From Antedon mediterranea (Eukaryota > Animalia > Echinodermata): 64,000 nucleotides of DNA. The notes beneath the pieces were generated by a model, which searched no databases, was not told where the DNA came from, and was given only the letters and a program-made list of their open reading frames with translations. The stretch lies in the NCBI RefSeq assembly GCF_964355755.1, contig NC_092670.1, positions 734,201-798,200 of the forward strand, written 5' to 3'. Position 1 is the stretch's first letter, and every line of letters begins with the position of its first letter. This document shows, in pieces, positions 37,034 through 47,730 of the stretch. The position numbers and the translations under genes were made by a program.

Positions 37034-40000
37034 ATGGATGTCACACGTAAAAGTTGGTATTCGTTGATTATTATTGCCAAAGATCAATTCATAAGATTTA
37101 TTTTAATTAACGGTTTCAGGTCCGGCGGAAGGTTTTAAAATTGGAGGTCCCAAAGAAGGTGATCTTAGCATGTGACTATCTAGGCTGGCCTACTAGCCCT
37201 ACTAGCTAGGCCTAGCCTAGTAGTAGAGGCCAGAGAACGCTAGGCTAACCAGTCAAGTGGAGATTCCGATTCCGATGTCTGGTCATTTCGGCCGTTTACC
37301 AGTTATTTCGGCCGCCGTATGATCTGAATGAATGAATTACACCTGTCTTTTCATACAATCAATGTTTCCCGATCATAGAAAAATAAAAACAAACATTCCC
37401 TTAATAAATAATACGTATATCTATATAGGGGGCCAAGCCCAGGCAGGCCAGGCCAGGCCCTAAGGGTCATTCCATCTCAGATCACCCAATGAGTTAAACC
37501 CTACCTCTTCCAATTTTGATGAAATTTGGTATATGGGTGATTCATAGCAATTAAAGCCAAAATTTCAAATTTTAACTTTATCGGACCAACGGTTTTCAAG
37601 TTATCGCAATTTCAATTTTCAGTTTTTACGCAAAAAAGGGCGCGTCCGCCACGTTTCAAAGAGCTGTATCTCGGGAACTATAGGTTCGATTTTAAAAGCA
37701 AAGGTATTTTTGTAAAGGGGAGACCATAAGGAATCTAAATATACTAATTGTGTGTGTTTTATGTTAATTTTAAGTTGAATAAAACTTTGACATATATTTT
37801 GACCTTGAAATTGACCCCGTGGAACACGCCCGTTTTGTTGGTGACTATCATGAAAAATGTAGCCCTACGTGTCAACTACAACATATAAAAAAATTGGAGG
37901 GGTTTTTTTCTTTGTTTCCATGAAATTACAATTTGAAGTTGACATACCTCTTCCTTTTAGTGTATTTTTGGTGTCTGTCCATGCATTACTTCAATGTCAA
38001 TTTGATGTATTCCAAAATTAATTTTATTTACAAACTAAATATTATTATAATGTTACAATTGTCTATGTCTGGCCTTTACTCCTTGTCATCTGGACAATTC
38101 AAACAGTATTTAGAAATGTTGTGGCGATCATTTTGGGAAATACTGTAATTCCTAGTCGAAGAGGATTTTATAAACGGAGAGGCTATAATACAATGTACAT
38201 TTGATTCAGGAATCCAACAACAGTCTTCTTTGGACGGCCAATAAAAGGTTTTCGCTGACCCATGAGGATGCATAAATTTAATTTGAAAATCCCCAAACTC
38301 TTCTGAGAGCGAGACATCCACCACCCAACCAATCCATGGGACACCATCATAACTACAGCACACAAAATTCTGAAGTCTAATAATGGTGGGTTGTGTATCA
38401 GCAACAATTTCATTTTCATCACTGAAAGATTCTTGAATCACTACCACATCCGGAGGGTTTATCTGGGTACTAAGTTTGTAGACCTGCATCTGTGCCAGAG
38501 AAACGGGAACAAAGCGATGATATTGTAATGTACCCTTGATGGTCTGGGCGAGGTTGAATCTCAGCTTTATTTCTTTTTCCACAGTAGATACCTCATCTAT
38601 TCCCACATGAAAAAAGTTGATGCCTGGAATGTCCATATGAGCGAGTCATATGGCCGAGCGGTTAAGGCAGGGGCGCCGTTTACCGTACCTAAAAGAGCCA
38701 ACAACAACATCGGCAAGGGTTCGAGGCCGACTCGCTCCTAGTTCTGGTGGTGGAACAAGTCTTCTCGGATAAGGACTATAAACCGTAGGTCCAGTGTACA
38801 CAGTTATAACATGTGTGTACTTTAAAGAACCCAGTTCATTATTCGAAAAAGAGTAGGGGGTTACCCCGGTGAACTGGTTCACACAATTACCACCTATCTG
38901 ATAGGACAGTGATTAATTCACTATTGGTAATCCTTGGCCACATTGCCTAAAGACATAAAATAAAAATAAAAAATTACACAGTAGTCGAACATACTGAGAG
39001 ATGTGATAATATGACATTCAGTCAAACGCTGTAAGCTTCTCTTAGTGACAAGCCTCTTAACTGTTCCACCTACAGTATGCCATCACACGCACTCTTGCCA
39101 TGTGATGTAGCGAAAAAATTCCACTCGGCGTCTAAACCAAAATCTTTCTGGTGGTGGCAAAGGTTAATAAAGTTATATTTGTTTTTGTATTGACCGCCAC
39201 ATCCATCTGTGAAATAATGAACTTTTTTCATGGTTGGTAGTTTTGTTTTTATATAGGGGATGACAACCTTTAAAAAGGCATATACAGTAACTGTTGTATG
39301 TTCTCTGCAATCACTTATTATGCATGTTAATGTGCATAATAACATAGTAAGGACACTAAACTATGTGTCAAAATTGATTTGAAAAGTATGTGAGTTACCC
39401 AGTATTTCTCATATCAAAATATATCTACTGTTTAAGTGGGCCTGATGAGAAAGCGTAACAATAAGACACCTTAACAGTTAGTGTTCACACTGTGTATAAG
39501 TATAACAACACCAAAAATACACTAAAAGGAAGAGGTATGTCAACTTCAAATTGTAATTTCATGGAAACAAAGAAAAAAACCCCTCCAATTTTTTTATATG
39601 TTGTAGTTGACACGTAGGGCTACATTTTTCGTGATAGTCACCAACAAATCGGGCGTGTTCCACGGGGTCAATTTCAAGGTCAAAATATATGTCAAAGTTT
39701 TATTCAACTTAAAATTAACATAAAACACACACAATTAGTATATTTAGGTTCCTTATGGTCTCCCCTTTACAAAAATACCTTTGTTTTTAAAATCGAACCT
39801 ATAGTTCCCGAGATACAGCTCTTTGAAACGTGGCGGCCGCGCGCTTTTTTGCGTAAAAACCGAAAATTGAAATTGCGATATCTCGAAAACCGTTGGTCCG
39901 ATAAAGTTAAAATTTGAAATTTTGGCTTTAATTGCTATGAATCACCCATATACCAAATTTCATCAAAATTGGAAGAGGTAGGGTTTAAAATTCCATTTTT

Positions 40001-43000
40001 TTTGGGTGAACTGAGATGGAATGACCCCTAACCTTACCTAAACTATTTTAATTTCAAATCTATAAAAGGCCTAGTAATAGTATATCTGTCTGAAAAATAG
40101 CACAATGTAATGTAATGCTAAATGTTTTTTATTTCAGATTTCAAAGAAGCACTAGGAGTGATATCAAGTGTATTGAATGACAGTTCTTTTGTTGCAATTG
40201 ACGGTGAATTCACAGGTCTGCACTATGACAGTCGTTATATGCCAAATGCATTTGATACACCAGAAGAGAGATACCAGAAATTGCGACAAGTAAGCACTTA
40301 CCAACCTACACATGCTAGATTTATAGCAATCATTGGTCGACCTTAATACATTTTTTTTTTAAATCAAAAGGTAGAGATATACATCAGTCTACCCACAGTG
40401 GAAATAAGTTTGATTAATGTTAACCTTTTGTGAGATATACACCAGTCTACCCACAGTGGAAATAAGTTTGATTAATGTTAACCTTTTGTGAGATATACAC
40501 CAGTCTACCCACAGTGGAAATAAGTTTGATTAATGTTAACCTTTTAACCTTTTGTGTTATTTCTTGTCTGTTGTATAGTTTGTTTCCTGTCATTTATTTC
40601 AAAATAATCAAATACTTACAAATAATTTTTTTTGTTTTTTAAGGGTTCAGTTGATTTCCTGTTAGTACAGTTTGGTTTGTGTATTTTCAAATACAATGGA
40701 AAAAGCTCGAAGTAAGTAATTCATCCATTTTATTGTCAAAAAAAAAATTAATATAAATGTATAACAACATACTAAACACAACACATGCTTTATGTATTTA
40801 TAAGAAATATTAAGAATATTAACAGTTTTTTTTTCTTGTGAAGATATACAGTGTATCCTTTCAACTTCTATGTATTTCCAACTCCACTCAATCGGCATGC
40901 GCCAGATCCACGATTTCTTTGTCAGGTGAGTTTGGTATATACAGTCAACTCTCTCAATAACAGACTCTCTGAAACCTAGAAAATCTCCCAACAATTTTCT
41001 TGAGGTCCAAAAGGTCCCAAATTCCTTTTTACCATTAAAAACACATTCTGAATACCAGACTTTCCCGGAAAACCATACAAAGGTGTCCGGTATTGGGAGA
41101 GTTGACTTTACACATATTAATAATTTGAGTAATGAAAAATACAGTTGAATAGGATTTGAGTGTTTGCAACAAAGACCCTTTTTGTACTAAATTTATTTAA
41201 TGTTGATCTTTTTACAGAGTTCCAGTATTGACTTCTTAGTTAGTCACAACTTTGATTTTAATAAACTTTTTCGAGAAGGTTAGTTATGTAATTATATTGT
41301 ATTTTAAATCTTTCCTGTACAGTTGACTTTCAAAAACCATTATATTTTTTGAATTTCGTAAACTTTTTTAAACTGTCAACTAGATTAAATTATAAGATTA
41401 TAATTAATAATTGTGTTATTATAATCACACTGTAAAGATTGAATTTTTCCTTTTATCTGGGTCCACAGGTATTCCATATTTGACCTCCAACAGTGCTCGT
41501 ACTATGAGAGAAGAGATTCTGCAGAAGTATGCTGGTCAGGGTGTGACTATACCAAACAAAGAACCAAGTCCTGCATTCAGGACACCCCAGGCTAAAGGCC
41601 CAATTATCATTCCAGATGAACACAAAGAATTCATTAACCAAATTGTGTAAGAACAAGTTATACCCAGATACACACTTTGTATTATTCATTCAATTATTCA
41701 TTCCGTCAAGCACTCTGGCTTCAAAATTATCTTACTTGTCACGGTATAAATATGATAAAATGGTTAAAATACAAACAGCATCATGACACCAAGGTGTAAA
41801 ATGCAAAGCAACAAATACAAAAATTATTGTTAACAAGTGGATTTATATAAGACTTAGAAATAACATCTTTATGTGTTAAACGAGACTTGCACTGCTCCTC
41901 ATATCATGTTAAGTTTGATAATAAAAGGCTTCTTAGTGGTGGGTGAATAGCAGTCAAATCAACCACCTCCATCCAACAATTACATGATTCATAAATTACA
42001 ATCTGTATGCTCTTCTTCATATCATGTTAAGTTTGATAATAAGAGGCTTCTTAGTGGTGGGTGAATGGAAGTCAACCACCTCCATCCCACAATTACATCC
42101 ATGAATTAATACATGTTGACTAAACAAATTTAGACTGTTGATTGATTGAAATATATATTTATACGGGGTAACCTCTTCAGTCAAAGAATGATCTCCCAGA
42201 GGGCCCAGTTGGTGATCAGTGGCTGTGATGTACTAGTACACCGGGGTAACCCTCCACTCGTCTCGAAAGATGTACTAGGTTCTTTAAAGTGCACACGAGC
42301 TAGATGTGTACACTGACCTACGGTTTATAGTCCTTATCCGAGAAGACTCGTTCTACCACCAGAACCATGGAGTGAGTGAGCCTCAAACCCCTGCCGATGT
42401 TATGGCTACGTAATTACGGTTCCACTGTCTTAACCGCTCAGCCACTCACTCACTAAAATAATTTTTTTTATTGATTTTAGAGCAAAAACAGAGCAGCTTT
42501 TGAAAGATAACGACAGAACGTCATTACAACTGGATCCTTGCAATGGGTAAGTGAAACGTTAGAACATTAATAATAATGTATTTATGTTGTATGACCTATG
42601 TTTTATAATTCAATAATTATTTATATTTTCAGATTTCAACGAAAGTTAATTTATCAAACTATGGAAACAAAGTAAGTTTGAAAACTTTATATACAGCACT
42701 GCCAAACTGTATAATAAAGTATAGTTCTATAATATAATAAATTACTAAAACATTTTTTAATAGAGGAAAATTCGGATAAGCTTCTTCAATTTATTCCTCA
42801 ACACAGTCCAAGTGATGACCAATGATACAATATGCATAGGTCCTTGCAAATCATAATCTCCTTATTCTCTGCATATATTTTCTATCAACAGACATACCAG
42901 CTAACCACATCTGTTTTTTATTTCAGGTTTCAAACAAAACTGATAGTAGAGACTAAAACTGGAGAGAAGGTGTGTTTACCAAAAAAAAGAATTGCAGTAT

Positions 43001-46000
43001 ATGTTATAAGATTGCAGTATATGTTATAAGATTGCAGTATATGTTATAAGATTTTGCATTTACTGAACAATGTATTATGAATTTTAACAAAAAGACAATT
43101 AAGCAAAACATGCAAATTATTTTATACTAATGTATCCATTGTCTATTTCGTGCCTAGTTAATTTATCGAAAAGAAATTTAGGTTTAGTGTTTCTTTTTTT
43201 AGGTATCATAGAATGAATATTTATTGGGATTTTTGCTTTTGTTTCGACCTACAGAAAGAGCGTTATATAGAGATTACTAAAGCTACTTCAGAGGAAGATA
43301 AAAGAAAAAGGGACGAACTAAAAATGCAGGCAGACCTTGTAAGTAATAAATGAATATCAGTTTATAGTGTGTGATTAACATTTCTTTTTATTGAAATGTT
43401 TTATTTTTACATTATTTCAGGATGAGATAGACGATGCAATAGGTTTTTCTAAGGTCATTGACATGATCTCCGAGTCTGGACGCTTAGTGGTTGGACACAA
43501 CATGATCTTAGATTTAATGCACACTCTCGATCAGTTTAGTTGTCGCCTCCCAGATGTAAGTTTTTTGTAAATCCAATCGCATGCATTTTCTTATATATGG
43601 ATAAATTATACAGTATACAGTTCTGAAAAGCACTGTTGAGTTTCTTGACGTTTCGATCAATATAATTTGAGTGAGGTCGCTGTTTTAAGATTGGCACTTC
43701 AATCACATAGTTTGTGTAAGTTGGTTTTGTATATCTTTATCTTGATAATGGTTTTTCTATTTTAAATAGAATTTGATTGAGTTTAAAAATATGTCGCATT
43801 GTGTATTTCATCGAGTTGTGGACACCAAGGTAATGGCGAGTACACATCCATTTAAGGTAATTATTATTCTCTTCTCAAATATTAGTACCTAAAACAGATT
43901 AAGATACATCACAGAAATAATATACTATTAAATAACAAATCGTATAATACTATTCTAACAAATTAAAAGAGGAAAAAAAGCACAGAATGTCTTGCAATTA
44001 TGTGGAAAATCAAAGTCTAATTCAGCTTTATGGTTTACAGTATTAAAGACTTCCAGTAATGTACCATTATCACTTGTTTAAGTTCATTAAAAGTTGAATT
44101 AAGATATTTGGTTTTAAAGTCGGAGTACAGTCATGTCTCTGGACCATTAGATAGACTTTCTTTCATCAGTACTTCTATGAATGGATGACAAGTTAATAAT
44201 GATCTTTGCCAACAACCTTTATAAAAGACATTTGGTTTTAAAGTCAGAGTATCATGTCTCTGGACCATTAGATAGACTTTCTTTCATCAGTACTTCTATG
44301 AATGGATGACAAGTTAATAATGGTCTTTGCCAACAACCTTTATAAAAGACATTTGGTTTTAAAGTCAGAGTATCATGTCTCTGGACCATTAGATAGACTT
44401 TCTTTCATCAGTACTTCTATGAATGGATGACAAGTTGATAATGGTCTTTGCCAACAACCTTTATAAAAGACATTTGGTTTTAAAGTCAGAGTACAGTCAT
44501 GTCTCTGGACCATTAGATAGACTTTCTTTCATCAGTACTTCTATGAATGGATGACAAGTTAATAATGGTCTTTGCCAACAACCTTTAAAAAAGACATTTG
44601 GTTTTAAAGTCAGAGCATCATGTCTCTGGACCATTAGATAGACTTTCTTTCATCAGTACTTCTATGAATGGATGACAAGTTAATAATGGTCTTTGCCAAC
44701 AACCTTTAAAAAAGACATTTGGTTTTAAAGTCAGAGTACAGTCATGTCTCGGGACCATTAGATAGACTTTCTTTCATCAGTACTTCTATGAATGGATGAC
44801 AAGTTAATAATGGTCTTTGCCAACAACCTTTAAAAAAGACAAAACAAACATAAATCTAAAAATAATTAATATTGATGATACTAATATACTATTAATAGTT
44901 CTTGTTAATTTTTATCAGGAATTTATCATGAATTCAGCATTAAATGATCTACACAGTCGGCTACAGGACAATCCATTCGTACCGCCCTCTATTGGCAAGT
45001 TCACCATTTGTTTTGCAATTGACAGTTACAGCTACTGTATAGTCCATTCAGAAGACCTGAAAAAAATTTGCAATTTAATTTGGTTACAATCAAGCAAAAA
45101 GTTCTAGTCTTTTTTATAAGATGATAAGAATACTGTACTAACTCAGGCATAAGCCCACCCTGAGGTATAAGCCCACCCTTAAATTACTACGCAATAGTGT
45201 TCATATGACTAATAAGCAAAGATACTCCAGTTTGGTTCTTTGATATAAATAAATAAACCAAATTTTACAAATAGTCTGTCTACACTGTCAAACGTTATGT
45301 GATGTGCCCATATATGGACATGATGATGTCATATCACTACCATATTTTGGCATATTACTACCTTATTTGGGCACATCACACTTTTGTTGCCAAACTAGTT
45401 TGATAGTGTAGACAGAGCTTTACACACATGACAATACAATAATTGAATATATTAATTTTATTACAGAAATGGCATCAAACTTTAATGGGTACAAAAAAGC
45501 TGAGAACTATCATGAAGCAGGTTACGACGCCTTTATCACTGGTCAATGTTTTGCCATTATGGCCAATTTCCTTGGTACATTTATGGATCCACCCAAGCAT
45601 CGTGTTTCACCCTCGTCACAGTTTTTGGAACCATTTATGAATAAGTATGTTTAAATTAAAAATTACACTACATGGGAGTGTTGCCATGGAGATCATGATG
45701 ATGTCTAGGATACCGCCATGCTGTACTTTTTTATGTTTTAAAAATATATTTAAATCAAACGTTACCCGTAAGATCCTTAAACTAGACTCTAGAATATTGT
45801 TACTCTTTTCTTTTCAGAATTCATCTGATGCGAAGTTTAGATATCCCATACCTAAATTTAAATGGACCCGATTGTAAGTATTCAGATTTATATAACTATA
45901 ATAAATGAAGGTTAATACTTAAGGTTGGTGGGTAGGAAGTTGGGAAGATCTTAAATATAAGACACTTTGCAGAGTGGGTGAAAAAGAGGAGAGAGCATTT

Positions 46001-47730
46001 AGACTATGTTGAAACCATTATAGCTTAAATATTTTATTGTGGATGAAAACAAGGTTTGGAGATTGAAATACTGATTTCTGTGTTAATATGGATTTATCTA
46101 TTTCACAGTACAACCGTCCAGGAACCATGTATTCCATGTGACCTTCCCAAAGGAATGGCGTACAAGTGACCTTCACCAGTTATTCAGTCCGTTTGGATCA
46201 ATTTATGTTGGTTGGATAGGTGACACTGAAGCGTTTGTATCGCTGTACAAAGCTGCTGAAGCATCAATGGGTAATACTGTATATGCAGTCAAGTATTACT
46301 TGACATAATCTTCAATTTTGACATGACCTTCAATATCATCCTATGAAAAATATAAAAAAATTAAAGTTTAATAGGCCTAACAGTAAAGGAAGTGCCGTGA
46401 AGCATTGTATATCCGACATGTATCTACAAAACGATGATTATATATATATTCTCTTCACTGGTATATTGAACTAGTGTAAACTTACTCTTTAATGCTTCTC
46501 TGTTTTCCCTGCTTGCAACAGTCCTTGAGTTCCATTTCTTTCCATACAGCATGCAATATAAATAAATAAATATTCATTACAGTACTGGAAAAAGTCATGA
46601 ATATGCAATGTACGGGTAATAAATATTCATGACAATACAGAGAACTGCCATGATAACTGTTATCACCCCAAATACTTTATGATAATCACTTTGGAAACAA
46701 TAGATGAAATAAAAAAAAGTCACGAAAAATTAAATTTAGATATAGCCACTTTAGCTAAACTAATTAATTCTTGTCTTTTAACTATTCTGGTCTTTTATCT
46801 TTTTTGATCATTTGTTAGTAATGAAAACCATAAAAAAGGGTGAGAACTACACAGTTACCCCATACAAAAACTTCAAACGTGGCGTTTACCCGGAAGATAA
46901 TGCAGAAAAAGAGAGGAAAATAGTCAGTCCACCACAGGAAGAGAAAAGCCTTACAGTTGCCGAGATGGACAAAGCGAACATAGAAGAACCTGGGAAGAGG
47001 AAGCGACGAATATCGTCACTAGAGGCAGACGCTGAGGTTGCGGTGCTGATGGGAACGGTTGCAAAGAGGAAAAAACCAATGGATCCAACGTAAGCATTTT
47101 GGAGTGCTACAAACTATAAAGCTCTGTCTACACTATCAAACTTTATGTGACAACAAATGTGATGTGCCCATATATGGACACGATGATGTCATATCACTAC
47201 CATATTTGTGCATATCACTACCATATTTGTGCATATCACTACCATATTTGTGCATATCACTACCATATTTGGGCACATCACACCTGTTTTGTCAAACTTG
47301 TTTGATAGTGTAGCTTTACAGTAAATACAATTATATATTTTACAGTGTAGCACCATTTGTGTCGAGGAAAGGTGTAAAACCACCATTGCCAGAGGTAATG
47401 GAGGAGGGAGATCCTGGTGTTGAAATTGAAGATAAAGATATTGTGAAGGAAAAAGATGAAGATAAAGTGAAGGAAAAACATGAAGATAAAGTGAAGGAAA
47501 AAGATGAAGTAGAAAGTGAACATATTGGAACATCTAAGAAAGTAGAAGAGGAAATTGATAACAAGGAGGGAAAAAAAGAAAACTTACTTACAGAAGGTAA
47601 GATATGAAAAGTATTTAGTAACTGAGACATATCTTATTTATAACAATACATGATGCTTTTTACTTTGTTATGTTCTTTACTAGGAACTGATGAAGATGAG
47701 AAAATGTTTGAAGAATGTGAAAGCTGGTGA
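37034..47730 (+). CDS. PARN: Poly(A)-specific ribonuclease, 19 coding exons, ~684 aa
   Basis: Exons 37034-37052, 40138-40289, 40644-40711, 40844-40925, 41218-41278, 41469-41646, 42481-42546, 42633-42671, 42927-42969, 43255-43338, 43421-43555, 43770-43856, 44919-44994 (GC donor), 45467-45644, 45818-45873, 46109-46270, 46819-47089, 47346-47596, 47684-47730; total 2055 nt in frame. DEDD motifs [26 protein letters not shown]; R3H ([11 protein letters not shown]); RRM (HVTFPKEW...GWIGDT); ends MFEECESW*. Confidence 0.95.
38076..39345 (-). pseudogene. Sola2-like transposase remnant (N-terminus deleted, frameshifted, SINE-interrupted)
   Basis: Motifs [29 protein letters not shown]-[5-bp insertion]-GGTVKR; after the [16 protein letters not shown] and [16 protein letters not shown]. 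Confidence 0.8.
38639..38974 (+). mobile_element. tRNA-derived SINE with Deu/Nin-like central domain, inserted in the Sola2 transposase
   Basis: A box TGGCCGAGCGG, B box GGTTCGAGGCC, core GGATAAGGACTATAAACCG..TAAAGAACCC..AGAGTAGGGG..ACCCCGGTG, and an (AAAAT)n tail. Confidence 0.8.
40374..40555. repeat. 58-bp tandem repeat x3
   Basis: Units start at 40374, 40432 and 40490. Confidence 0.9.
40942..41108. mobile_element. Tc1/mariner-type MITE
   Basis: TA|CAGTCAACTCTCTCAATA ... TATTGGGAGAGTTGAC inverted ends. Confidence 0.6.
42155..42452 (-). mobile_element. tRNA-derived Deu/Nin-like SINE, second copy with a different 3' tail
   Basis: The reverse complement of 42235-42452 matches the head and core of 38639-38875; 42155-42230 does not match the first copy's tail. 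Confidence 0.8.
44106..44840. repeat. 121/124-bp tandem repeat x6 in PARN intron 12
   Basis: Units start at 44106, 44230, 44351, 44472, 44596 and 44717; nearly identical. Confidence 0.93.
45273..45420. mobile_element. Short MITE family F
   Basis: TCTGTCTACACTGTCAAAC ... GTTTGATAGTGTAGACAGAGCTT. Confidence 0.7.
47119..47316. mobile_element. Short MITE family F with internal 21-bp unit expanded x4
   Basis: Family F TIRs; CATATCACTACCATATTTGTG repeated. Confidence 0.7.

Larger units (their letters stand above)
37464..40027 (-). mobile_element. Sola2-type DNA transposon, internally deleted, in PARN intron 1
   Basis: ~510-bp near-identical TIRs (37464-37974, 39508-40027) beginning GGGTCATTCCATCTCAG; 4-bp TSD CTAA. 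GRG termini, long TIRs and a 4-bp TSD fit Sola2. Confidence 0.85.

Noticed and set aside
38646-38882. 78-aa ORF inside the Sola2 element
   Set aside because: It is the antisense reading of the SINE insertion.
47189-47630. Minus-strand ORFs rich in S/F/L/H
   Set aside because: They are antisense shadows of the K/E/D-rich PARN exon and the MITE repeat.
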